From: Clostridia bacterium
GTDB lineage: Bacteria > Bacillota > DSM-521 > Neomoorellales > SLTJ01
Assembly (NCBI GenBank): GCA_004347685.1
Contig: SLTJ01000032.1
Location: forward strand, 118,371 to 182,370
Length of the DNA: 64,000 nt
Reading direction: 5' to 3'
Made by a program: the position numbers and the translations under genes. Below, piece by piece: positions 27,957 through 37,122 of the stretch. The notes beneath the pieces are model-generated. The model was not told the DNA's origin. It saw only the letters and a list, made by a program, of their open reading frames with translations, and made no database searches. Every line of letters starts with the position of its first letter. Position 1 is the first letter of the stretch.

Positions 27957-29081
27957 ATGATGATACGGCGCAAGGCCGCCAGGCCCTGGCTCTTAGTAAC
28001 GGGCCTGATGGCGCTTCTGCTCCTGGCCGTACCCCCAGGGGCCCTGGCGGCGGACACCAAGCTGGGTAACTATGAGGAAGCGCCCTACCGGGACGTGGTA
28101 AACATTTATACCGTTGACTTTGGCGAGGGCCTATCAAGGACCTATGTAGAAATACCTCGCGAATACGTTTTTTCCCCGGACAAGCTCCACCGCACCGTGA
28201 CCATCAACGGCCGCGAATGGGAGGACCTGATAATTGTTTCGCGGTATAAAAGCGGGTCTTACCTGGTCTTCGATATGTTTGAACAAAAGAGGTCACGGGC
28301 TGATTGGTTTTTTGAAAACCTGAACACCAAATGGGACCCTCAGGTTAGCGAGGAGCAGCGGGAGCGCTCCGTCCAAAATGCCTACCGGGCGGCCTTAGAA
28401 GATACAATTACCGACTTCCTGGGCAAGTATTGGGAATACCCCTTCGGTCGTGGTGGCGGTGAGCCCATCGAGCCCATCGTTTCCATCAATGGCCGGCCCT
28501 GGCAGGAAACCGCGTGGAAGGACTACATCACTACCCACATCCGGCAAAACCTGTATCCTTCTGATCCCCTTCTGACCAACAAACAATATTGGGAGGTATT
28601 CCTTAACCCAGCGTATAACGGGCGGGCAAAAGAGGTCATCGAGGCCATGGAGGAGCAACAGATCGCCATTCCAACTGCTGACCAGACCGTCGCGGCGGGG
28701 AGCCAGGTGGTCCTCACCCTGGGCAAGAAAGAGGTTATCACCTACCGGGACGGCAGGGCCGACATCCGCACCCTGGACGTGGCCCCCGAAGCCCCTGAGG
28801 GAGTAACCATGATACCCTTGCGGGGAGTGCTGGACTTCTTCGGGGCCAATTTGAACTATGACGGCCCCTCCCGGACCGTAACGGTGCTGGACGGGGACAC
28901 CAGGGTGGAACTGAGGATAGGGAAGGATATCGCTCTGGTCAACGGCCAGCAGGCGCCGCTCTTGCGGTCGGCGGAGGTCAAGGACGGCCGCACCCTCATC
29001 CCCCTCAGGTTTGTGGCGGAAGGACTCGGCTACCAGGTCACCTGGGTGGCGGAAACGCAACAGGTTATTATCAGGAAGTAG
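27957..29081 (+). CDS. Secreted protein with C-terminal copper-amine-oxidase-N-like (stalk) domain
   Basis: Signal peptide MMIRRKAARPWLLVTGLMALLLLAVPPGALA. C-terminus MIPLRGVLDFFGANLNYD...TLIPLRFVAEGLGYQVTW is typical of clostridial CuAO-N domain proteins. Confidence 0.7.
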   Translation: MMIRRKAARPWLLVTGLMALLLLAVPPGALAADTKLGNYEEAPYRDVVNIYTVDFGEGLSRTYVEIPREYVFSPDKLHRTVTINGREWEDLIIVSRYKSGSYLVFDMFEQKRSRADWFFENLNTKWDPQVSEEQRERSVQNAYRAALEDTITDFLGKYWEYPFGRGGGEPIEPIVSINGRPWQETAWKDYITTHIRQNLYPSDPLLTNKQYWEVFLNPAYNGRAKEVIEAMEEQQIAIPTADQTVAAGSQVVLTLGKKEVITYRDGRADIRTLDVAPEAPEGVTMIPLRGVLDFFGANLNYDGPSRTVTVLDGDTRVELRIGKDIALVNGQQAPLLRSAEVKDGRTLIPLRFVAEGLGYQVTWVAETQQVIIRK

Positions 29082-29184
29082 CGAAGGACAAACATACCAG
29101 GGGCTTGAACCAAGGGCTTTCCTAAGAGCAGGGCTCTTTCTGGAGGGCCCTTTTTTCATGCTTTCGTGAAGGGAGGTTTGACTG

Positions 29185-32100
29185 ATGAACAGGCGGAAAT
29201 GGGCGACTACCGTCTTATCGGTACTAATGGTGCTGTTGAACCTTTGGCCGGCCGGCACGGCTCGGGCGGCCTACCTCAATGACCCAAAAGACCTGGGGAG
29301 TCTCAGCAAAGGGCAGGCCATCACCAGAAACGACCCGGAAAAAGGTACGGAAACCGTCAAGTTTGACGCCTACTGGACCATCATCGTAGACGGCCAGACG
29401 GTGGGGGAGGATTTGACCATCACCGAGCCCGGGAAAACGGCCGGGAATATCAACTACATTGCCCGCAGCCAGGCGCAGCAGTGGGTGAACGCTTTCAATG
29501 GTTCCTGGAGCTACGCCGAAAACAAAATCCGCTGGGCCACACTGACTGCTAACGGTAAGTCTTCTTCTCGCGTTCATATCCGCCCCCTGGCCGAACTAAG
29601 CGGGGCCTACGTGGAGAAGTACGACTACACCCAGAAAAAGGTTTGGGTTCTCACCACCCCTTGGCCCTCCGGGAACATCCCGGACCTACGGGGAGTGGTG
29701 GCCGGCCAGCCCCAGACCTTCTGGGTAGAGGCCTATGCTTCGACCCCTGATGTTCAGGGGTTGAAATATAAGTTTTTAGTGGACGGTACCCCCGTCATCG
29801 ATAATGGTAGTGCACCCTCAAATTACGCCGGCTTCTACGTTTCCTACACCTTCCCTTCTGCCGGGAGCTACACCATGCGCCTGGAGGTGACGGACATGGT
29901 GGGCCGCACCACCCCCATCACCAAGACCGTGTCCGTGGCCCCGGCTCCCCAGCCTCCCCCGGCCCCACCGGCTCCACCGCCGGCGGGCCAGCCTGTGGCC
30001 GACTTCGACCTGCCGCCCTTCGGCGAGGTGGGCCAGAACGTCCAGGTGGCAAACAGGTCCCGGGCCAGCGAGGGCTTCTGGCTGGTACACAGCGAGTGGA
30101 CGGTAACTCCCCGGACCTACACGGGCAGCCTGGGCATGGCCGGCGGCACCCTGGTCTTTAACCGGCCCGGGACCTACACCGTCAAGCTCCAGGTTTGGGA
30201 CAACCAGAACAACACCTCCACCGCCACTAAGAGCATTTCCATCTCGGAAAGCGCCCCGCCGCCTCCACCACCGCCCCCGCCCCAGCCGGAGAACATTCCG
30301 CCCGTGGCCCGTTTCGACATGGTGGCTCAGGCCTCGCCGGGACTGAGCGTGCCGGTCACGAACCGCTCCTACGACCCGGACGGCGACATCGTGGCGGTGG
30401 ACTGGGACGTATCCCCTGGGGCCAACGCCAATCTGGGCGATACCGGCGGAAGCATCGTTTTCAACCAGCCAGGCACATATACCGTTGCTCTCACGGTGGA
30501 GGATGACCGGGGGGCCAGCGATTCCGTCACCCAGACCATCCGCATCACCAACGAGCCGCCAGTGGCGCGCATCTCCGCCCCCAACACCGTGTTCCAGGGG
30601 GATGAGGTGGAGATCACCAGCAACTCCTACGACCCCGACGGGGAGATCGCCGGGTACGCCTGGAGCGTCAGCCCCGCCGGCATGGTGGGCACCCTTACCG
30701 GCGAGGGCGGCAGCGTCTACTTCGACGAGCCTGGCACCTACACGGTGCGGCTTACCGTGGAGGACCGGTTTGGCCGGAGCGATACGGCGACAAAGACCGT
30801 CGAGGTCAAGCCGGCGGTACCTACGGCCTTTTTCCGCTGGAGCGGGACGCCCAAGCAGAACCGCAAGCTGGTCTTTGATGCCTCGGAAAGCTACGGCTCC
30901 GCCCGTTACCCCGTGGACTTCAGCCAGAACCGGTGGGAGTTCCTCCCGCCGGCGGGGGTGAGCCCGGAGGCGGTGAAGATCGTTTCCTCGCCAGATCTGA
31001 AGACCAGGCAGGTCCTCTTCAAGGAGCCGGGGGACTACCGGGTGCGCCTGGCGGTGAAGAACAGCAAGGGCACCAGCTCGGAGTGGTACGAGCAGGTGCT
31101 CACCGTTTACCCGGACCAGCCGCCGGTGGCCGACTTTTACACCCTCCGGACCGTCACCCGCGACCCGGACAACAACAACCGGGCGGCCATCACCCTGATG
31201 GACCGCTCCCATTCGCCCGACGGGGACGTAATTACCAAGCGGGTGTGGCAGTACCGCTACGACAGCGACAACGACGGCAGCTTCACGGACGAATCCTGGG
31301 TCGCCCTGGACAGCGGTAACAACCCCACCCCCACCCTTTACACCGGCCAGGTGGGGAAGTACGAGTTCATGCTCTCCGTGGAGGAAGGCTTCGGCCAGGA
31401 AACCATCCCGGAATTCCTCACCCCGGCGGACAAGAGGGGTGCCGACACCGTCACCAAGCCCCTGGACGAGAGATCCGTGGAGGTCATCAACGTCCCGCCG
31501 GTGGTCAACTTCGATGTCATCAAGAAGAAAAAGGCGGATATCCTTTTGGTCACCGGCGAGCTGGATAACAAGGACGCCAAGTACGGGAGCTTTCAAAACA
31601 ACCTGGCCGGCTTCCGGAACACCCTCTCCGCCAGCAGCATTGACGCCAACATGATCCAGGCGGACGCCGTGGGCAACATGGAGGTAGCGGCCCAGGAAGA
31701 CGCCAGCTACCTCTACTACTACATCGGGGGCACCGTGGAACCCAAGTACGTGGTCAAGGTAAACAAAGCGGGAAGCAACATGGGTGGGATGGTGATTTAC
31801 CGGCGCGAGGCCGCCACGGGGAACCTTGTCGAGATCCTAAACCTCGGCACCTATGATATAGACTTGCGGGAGAGTTACGGCGGCTATGTGGACGGCCACA
31901 GCTTCAGCATCGGTTCGTCTTTTGTTTCCGGCGGCGCCATCCAGACCCACTTCAGTTGCGGGCACATGGATATCTACCGCACGGTAACGGTGGCCGCGGA
32001 CGGCACCATCACCATCGCCTACAGCGGCTCTTCGGGTTACTACTCCTACCAGGACTGGACGTATTCCGGGGGAGAACTGGGGGTTATCTCCGGCAACCGG

Positions 32101-34359
32101 ACGGTGCAGGTCAACGACGGGCACCGCTTCAAGACCTGGGGTCCCGCTGGGGGGAGCTATGCCTACCAGTTCAAGCTGAACTACGCCCCAAAGCTGCAGG
32201 ACGTGGCCACCATCCTGGCGGAGAAAAGCGTTTCCTTCCGGGAAGACGCCCGCCCGTATATCGTCTACTTCGGCGACAACACCTTTGAGGACTTCGGCAA
32301 CGAGGGTGCCTTGGCTTCCTTCCAGCAGCAGGTGGTGGCCAGGGGCGGGCGGGTCATCGGCCTGGGCAGCACGCCAAACCAGCCCCAGCTTCAGACCCTC
32401 ATTTCTCAAGCCGGGGCCGGGACCTTCGTGCTGAACGGCACGGATATGGCCGCGCCCATGCAAAGCGCCGCCAACTGGATCGTCCAGGACATGGCCACCG
32501 ACGGCGGCCTCCTGGAGCAGTACGTGCTGTTGGGCGACGAGGTGGTGTACCAGACCTACTACGAGGACCCCGAAGGGGATCCCAAGTGGGCAGAAAGGTG
32601 GATTTACGACCACGACCCGTACTGGTTTAAGAACAGCCTGGGCCAGGCGAGTTTTGCCGGCCAGCACCTGCCCGGCCCGGTAACCCGGTTTGACAAGGTG
32701 GGCAAGTACCGCGTCCAGTTCCAGGCCCGCGATAATCCCAAGCCGGACAACCGTTTCGATGAGTACCGCCTGTGGTCCCACATGCCCCTGGACGACCTGG
32801 TGCTCTATATCCACCGCCGGCCCCTGGCCCTCTACGCCCTGCAGCTACGGTCCAGCGGCAGCGGTTACGATGTGACGGTGCAGGATGAGTCCTACGACCC
32901 CGACCACCAGGGGGAAGCCGGGAACGGCCTTAGGGCCAGGGAGTGGCGCTGGAAGGAAGCCACGGCCGCCACCTGGAATACCGGCCTCCCGTCCAGTCTG
33001 CCGGTGGGCAGGACCTACCTGTTCTCTCTGCAGGTACAGGACATTGACGGACCGGGCGGGGTGGGGGTGTGGTCCCTGCCCACGGTGCGGGTGGTCAGCA
33101 CCGCCTCCCTGAACATGCCGCCGGTGGCACAGTTCACTGTGAATCCCAACCCCCTGCCCTTGGGCAAGATACTCACCTACAACGACTTAAGCTACGACCC
33201 CAACGGCGACGCTATCGTCCAGCGCCAATGGCGGGTGAAGAAGCTCCCCGCGGGTTCCTGGGTGGACTACGGCGGAACCCCGCCGGTAAACTTCACCGCC
33301 CTGGGCCTGGGGGACTACCGGATCGAGCTGAAGGTCAGGGACCAGCGCGGGGCCTGGTCCGAGCCTTACTACCAGGTCCTCACGGTCATCCCGGACAACA
33401 ACGCTCCCGTGGCCCGCTTCACGGTCAGCCCTAACCCCCTGCCCCTGGACGTACCGGTGGCCTATAACGATACCTCCTGGGACCCGGACGGCGACCCCAT
33501 CGTGGCCCGGGAGTGGCAGTGGCAGAAAAACGGCGGGGCGTGGGTGAACGGCCAGCCGCTGGACTTTACGGCTCTGGGTACCGGCAGCTACACCATCCGC
33601 CTGCGGGTCAAGGACCAGCCGGCCTTGAGCCAGATGACGCCTTTGTGGTCCGAGTGGTACAGCCAGAGCCTGACGGTGGTGGCGGGGAACCAGAAGCCCG
33701 TGGCCCGGTTTACCGTCACCCCTAACCCGGCGGTCACGGACGAGCCCGTAACCTATGACGACACTTCTTACGACCCCGAGGGGGCCGGGATCGCCGAACG
33801 GGTCTGGCAGGTAACCGATACGGCCGGCCGGGTGCTGGGCGAGTACCATAACCAGCTCCCGCCGCGGGTGTTTGCCAATACCGGCTGGGGGGACGGGGGC
33901 GCCGGCACCTACCGCATCGGCCTCCGGGTGCGGGACAACTCCCCCAACGGCGTCTCGCCGGCCCTGTGGTCCGACTGGACCTGGCAGACCCTGACGGTGG
34001 TGATGCCCCTTTCCGGCTCCGGGGAGATCAGCCCCAACCCGGCCCTCTCCGGCTTCCGGGTGCGCGTCACCATTTGGACCAGCGGCTATGCGGAGGAGGT
34101 CAGGGTGAAGTTCCCCGACGATGCCTTCTTCCGGGGCGACGAGATAACCTTGGTCCCCGACCACCCCGCCAGCAGCAAGGAGAACACCTGGCGGGGCGCC
34201 TACCTGACGGACGCCAAGACCCCGGACGGGCCGTACACCGTCATGGCTACAATCCGGCGTAGGTCTGTGGCGCCGCAGACCGTGACGGTGCCCTTGACGC
34301 TGGTTATCCGGGGGGACATCTACGACCAGATCAGGGTGCGCATACGAGACAGCCGCTAG
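29185..34359 (+). CDS. Giant secreted multi-PKD-domain surface protein (putative adhesin)
   Basis: Signal peptide. At least 8 repeats of the PPVA(R/D)F...N.SYDPDG.I..W...GTYTV.L.V.D PKD pattern. Two poly-Pro linkers and a ~350-aa non-PKD central region. Confidence 0.85.
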   Translation: MNRRKWATTVLSVLMVLLNLWPAGTARAAYLNDPKDLGSLSKGQAITRNDPEKGTETVKFDAYWTIIVDGQTVGEDLTITEPGKTAGNINYIARSQAQQWVNAFNGSWSYAENKIRWATLTANGKSSSRVHIRPLAELSGAYVEKYDYTQKKVWVLTTPWPSGNIPDLRGVVAGQPQTFWVEAYASTPDVQGLKYKFLVDGTPVIDNGSAPSNYAGFYVSYTFPSAGSYTMRLEVTDMVGRTTPITKTVSVAPAPQPPPAPPAPPPAGQPVADFDLPPFGEVGQNVQVANRSRASEGFWLVHSEWTVTPRTYTGSLGMAGGTLVFNRPGTYTVKLQVWDNQNNTSTATKSISISESAPPPPPPPPPQPENIPPVARFDMVAQASPGLSVPVTNRSYDPDGDIVAVDWDVSPGANANLGDTGGSIVFNQPGTYTVALTVEDDRGASDSVTQTIRITNEPPVARISAPNTVFQGDEVEITSNSYDPDGEIAGYAWSVSPAGMVGTLTGEGGSVYFDEPGTYTVRLTVEDRFGRSDTATKTVEVKPAVPTAFFRWSGTPKQNRKLVFDASESYGSARYPVDFSQNRWEFLPPAGVSPEAVKIVSSPDLKTRQVLFKEPGDYRVRLAVKNSKGTSSEWYEQVLTVYPDQPPVADFYTLRTVTRDPDNNNRAAITLMDRSHSPDGDVITKRVWQYRYDSDNDGSFTDESWVALDSGNNPTPTLYTGQVGKYEFMLSVEEGFGQETIPEFLTPADKRGADTVTKPLDERSVEVINVPPVVNFDVIKKKKADILLVTGELDNKDAKYGSFQNNLAGFRNTLSASSIDANMIQADAVGNMEVAAQEDASYLYYYIGGTVEPKYVVKVNKAGSNMGGMVIYRREAATGNLVEILNLGTYDIDLRESYGGYVDGHSFSIGSSFVSGGAIQTHFSCGHMDIYRTVTVAADGTITIAYSGSSGYYSYQDWTYSGGELGVISGNRTVQVNDGHRFKTWGPAGGSYAYQFKLNYAPKLQDVATILAEKSVSFREDARPYIVYFGDNTFEDFGNEGALASFQQQVVARGGRVIGLGSTPNQPQLQTLISQAGAGTFVLNGTDMAAPMQSAANWIVQDMATDGGLLEQYVLLGDEVVYQTYYEDPEGDPKWAERWIYDHDPYWFKNSLGQASFAGQHLPGPVTRFDKVGKYRVQFQARDNPKPDNRFDEYRLWSHMPLDDLVLYIHRRPLALYALQLRSSGSGYDVTVQDESYDPDHQGEAGNGLRAREWRWKEATAATWNTGLPSSLPVGRTYLFSLQVQDIDGPGGVGVWSLPTVRVVSTASLNMPPVAQFTVNPNPLPLGKILTYNDLSYDPNGDAIVQRQWRVKKLPAGSWVDYGGTPPVNFTALGLGDYRIELKVRDQRGAWSEPYYQVLTVIPDNNAPVARFTVSPNPLPLDVPVAYNDTSWDPDGDPIVAREWQWQKNGGAWVNGQPLDFTALGTGSYTIRLRVKDQPALSQMTPLWSEWYSQSLTVVAGNQKPVARFTVTPNPAVTDEPVTYDDTSYDPEGAGIAERVWQVTDTAGRVLGEYHNQLPPRVFANTGWGDGGAGTYRIGLRVRDNSPNGVSPALWSDWTWQTLTVVMPLSGSGEISPNPALSGFRVRVTIWTSGYAEEVRVKFPDDAFFRGDEITLVPDHPASSKENTWRGAYLTDAKTPDGPYTVMATIRRRSVAPQTVTVPLTLVIRGDIYDQIRVRIRDSR

Positions 34360-34363
34360 AGCA

Positions 34364-34388
34364 GAAGGGGCCGGGCCACGGCCCCTTC
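34364..34388 (+). terminator. Hairpin after the PKD gene
   Basis: GAAGGGGCCG-GGCCA-CGGCCCCTTC perfect 10-bp stem. No T-run. Confidence 0.4.
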
Positions 34389-34471
34389 TCAGGCTGACAA
34401 AATCAACTGCTGCGGGTGACCCGTGTTTTTTTGGCAAAGGGCCGCCAGACCGAGAGGTGCGGTAAGGGAAA

Positions 34472-34720
34472 ATGGGACAGGAGAAGCAAGGCGGTGAGGC
34501 AGTGGAGGCGAGAGAAGGACTGCGCATTGGCGAGGCGGTCCAGCTCCATTTTGCGGGTAAGAAAAAGCCCTGCCGGCAGGGAGTGGTGGTGGGGCTTTAC
34601 GACAAGTTTTTCAACATCCACTTCGGCCACTACCAGGAGAGTTTCCTGTGGGTGGACCAGGTGTTCGGGGAGCTAAGGATAGTTCGGCTCGGAAAACGGT
34701 CAGCCTTCAGGGCCGGCTGA
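34472..34720 (+). CDS. Hypothetical protein
   Basis: 82-aa ORF in the same orientation as its neighbours. No recognisable motif. Confidence 0.3.
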   Translation: MGQEKQGGEAVEAREGLRIGEAVQLHFAGKKKPCRQGVVVGLYDKFFNIHFGHYQESFLWVDQVFGELRIVRLGKRSAFRAG

Positions 34721-34741
34721 GCCGGAAGGGAGGGATAAGCA

Positions 34742-35686
34742 TTGTCTATCATCGGGCAGGGAAGAAGCGCCGGCGGGTATGCTGTCATTCAGAACAGTAC
34801 CCTGGACGGGCTCTTGCAACACGGCGGGGTGGACCTGGCCGGCTTCTACTTAGCGCTAAAGCGCTTTATTGACCGCCGCCAGGGCCCCACCTCCAACCAG
34901 ACCATGGACTGGAGCATCAAGTATTTTTGCACCAAGTTCACCATGGGACAGCAACGCTTCTACCGGCTGGCGGAGAAGTTATGGCAGTTGGGGCTTTTGG
35001 ACGTGGAAAAGGTTATCTCCCCGGACGGGTGGCAAAACAAGTACCTGGTGCACGACTATCCCCCGTACCAGGGGCCGCTACGGCCTTTTCGCCAGGGGAG
35101 TTTTAAGTACCGGAAGGGTGAAGGGGCGACCTTTGGGGAAGATGAGGAACAGGGCAAAGAAGCCCCTGTGGCGGTAGCCGCGTTCGGGCAGGAAACCTGT
35201 GCGGAGGTGGCAGGCGCGGCGGGTGATGACGGCAGCCGGGAGGGAATAGCCGGAGCGGGTATACCCAAATCAGGTATACCCGAATCAGATATACCCAAAG
35301 CGGATATACCTGCTGCAGGTATACCCGCCGCGGATACGCTTAGAAAAGACAACGTGGCAGGAAAAGACAAGGATGAAGAAAAGGATAACGGGAAGGAGAA
35401 AGAAAAGGGTGGGAATCCGTCCGTCCGTCAGTCCGTCTATCACCACGAGCCACTTGGTCAAAGCAGAAGACCGACGGACGGACGGATTGATTTCGGCAAC
35501 CCCAGACAAGTAACGCAATACTACGCCCAAAAGTTTGGCGCCACGGAAAGGCAGGTGATGCTGGCCATATTGGCGGTGCAGGCTCAGCTCGACAAGGGGA
35601 CCGTAATCATGGACACCAAGGCCTACTTCGAGAAAACCCTGACCCAGCTCCTGCAGGAGGAGGACTTTCGCAAGCACTTTGTCTGA
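34742..35686 (+). CDS. Putative replication/organiser protein (wHTH N-terminus, DnaD-like C-terminus)
   Basis: N-terminal FYLALKRFIDRR...FYRLAEKLWQLGLLDVEKV resembles RepA_N-type wHTH. C-terminal QYYAQKFGATERQVMLAIL...AYFEKTL resembles DnaD-like repeats. The middle holds G/DIPxx pentapeptide repeats. Weak assignment. Confidence 0.4.
   Translation: MSIIGQGRSAGGYAVIQNSTLDGLLQHGGVDLAGFYLALKRFIDRRQGPTSNQTMDWSIKYFCTKFTMGQQRFYRLAEKLWQLGLLDVEKVISPDGWQNKYLVHDYPPYQGPLRPFRQGSFKYRKGEGATFGEDEEQGKEAPVAVAAFGQETCAEVAGAAGDDGSREGIAGAGIPKSGIPESDIPKADIPAAGIPAADTLRKDNVAGKDKDEEKDNGKEKEKGGNPSVRQSVYHHEPLGQSRRPTDGRIDFGNPRQVTQYYAQKFGATERQVMLAILAVQAQLDKGTVIMDTKAYFEKTLTQLLQEEDFRKHFV
35258..35340 (+). repeat. Iteron-like tandem repeats (5.5 x 15 bp)
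   Basis: GGTATACCC / GATATACCC cores at 35258, 35273, 35288, 35303, 35318 and 35333. GGTATACC is palindromic. Confidence 0.8.
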
Positions 35687-35735
35687 CGGCTTTCAGTTAG
35701 GCGTTGCTACCTCATGTTGAATACCGGAAACGGTG

Positions 35736-35769
35736 AAAACCAGTCGTAGGCAGCTACCACTGGTTTTTT
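35736..35769 (+). terminator. Rho-independent terminator
   Basis: AAAACCAGTCGTAGG-CAG-CTACCACTGGTTTTTT. Confidence 0.6.
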
Positions 35770-35878
35770 GATTAAAAGGGTGGTGGCAGCCCGTAGGGTC
35801 CCTCGTTCCCTACCGGCTGTCACCGGATCGGGCACCGTGCGGCGCAGGCAAAGCCCTGCCCCGCACCGTGCCAGCGTT

Positions 35879-36196
35879 AACAGCGGTGCGAACCAGGAGC
35901 GCCAGGAGCGCACCTGGTTCTTTTTCAGAAAGCCCCCTCCCCCGCCCCTCCCCGGGGAGGGCTGGGAAACGGAAGCGACGCCGGCGGGCGTCGCCAGTCA
36001 AAGCCTGCCGGCCCGGCCTGATTATACCGGCGCGGGCACCCCGGTCCGGCCAGGGTAAAGGCCGTGAGCATATCCTCCCTGCGGTCCGGTATCCCTCCCG
36101 GCCCCTCCCTTACGGTCGGCCCTGGCCGGCCCGCCCGCGCCAGGGCCTTGCTTCCAAGGCCGGCAGGCCAAGTTCAAAAGGGAGGGGGAGCGGGCC
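35879..36196 (+). repeat. Multi-hairpin module, copy B (upstream of radC)
   Basis: Paralog of 13633-13944. It differs from copy A by paired (compensatory) substitutions in a long stem (see findings). Confidence 0.8.
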
Positions 36197-36685
36197 ATGG
36201 TGCAAGGGACACTGTGGGGCGGGGACGAGACGGTGGAGGAAAGGAGGAAGCGGGTGCAGGTGGTCAGGGTGGAGATGGTCAAGGAGCGCACGGCCGCCTT
36301 CGTCACCAACCGGGTGCACAACTCGCGGGACGCGGCCGCCATCCTGGCCGACTTCCTGGCCGGGGCGGACCGGGAGCACCTGGTGGTGCTCTGCCTGGAC
36401 AGCAAAAACAAGGTGAACGCCCTCAACGTGGCGGCGGTGGGGGTGCTGAACATGGCGCCGGTGCATCCCCGCGAGGTGTTCAAGCCGGCCATCCTGGCCA
36501 ACGCGGCGGCCATCATCGTCGGCCACAACCACCCCAGCGGCGATCCCGCGCCCAGCCGGGAGGACGTGGAGATGGCCCGGCGCCTGGTGGAGGCCGGGCG
36601 GCTGTTGGGGATCGAGGTGCTGGACAGCCTGGTCCTCGGGGACAACGGCACGTTTGTCAGCTTCAAGGAGCAGGGGCTGCTTTAG
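36197..36685 (+). CDS. radC: RadC-like JAB-domain protein
   Basis: HNHPSGDPAPSREDVEMARRL JAMM motif. 162 aa. Confidence 0.85.
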   Translation: MVQGTLWGGDETVEERRKRVQVVRVEMVKERTAAFVTNRVHNSRDAAAILADFLAGADREHLVVLCLDSKNKVNALNVAAVGVLNMAPVHPREVFKPAILANAAAIIVGHNHPSGDPAPSREDVEMARRLVEAGRLLGIEVLDSLVLGDNGTFVSFKEQGLL

Positions 36686-36715
36686 GCAGCCCCTCCCGGA
36701 AAGGAGAGAAAGAAG

Positions 36716-37066
36716 ATGTGGTTCAAGGACGCCGAGCACGAGCGGTCTTTCGCGGAACTGCGGGAGAAGGCCGGGGCCAGGCCCGGCGAGCGGGAGTACC
36801 TGGCGGCCCTCTACGTCCTGGCCGCCCTGGACAAGCCGGTGGCCAAATACGTCCAGCCCCGCCGGGTGGCCTTCACCGCGCTTTTTAAGGCCGCCGGGCC
36901 GTGGAGCAGCGGGGAAAAGGCCCTGGTCCGCCTGGCGGCCACCCTGTTCAACGGCGAGGCCTGGAAGGTGGCGGTGCACGACGTTTTCTCCTGCCTGGAC
37001 CCGGCCAACTGCCAGGCGGCCCTGGAGGCACTGAAGATCCGCTATCAGAAGACCGCGTTGTTTTAG
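36716..37066 (+). CDS. Hypothetical protein
   Basis: 116 aa. AAGGAGAGAAAGAAG precedes the ATG. No recognisable motif. Confidence 0.4.
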   Translation: MWFKDAEHERSFAELREKAGARPGEREYLAALYVLAALDKPVAKYVQPRRVAFTALFKAAGPWSSGEKALVRLAATLFNGEAWKVAVHDVFSCLDPANCQAALEALKIRYQKTALF

Positions 37067-37122
37067 GGAGAGGGGGCCCGCTAAGCGGGCCCTTGACGCC
37101 ACCCCGGAAAGGAGGCCTGGCC

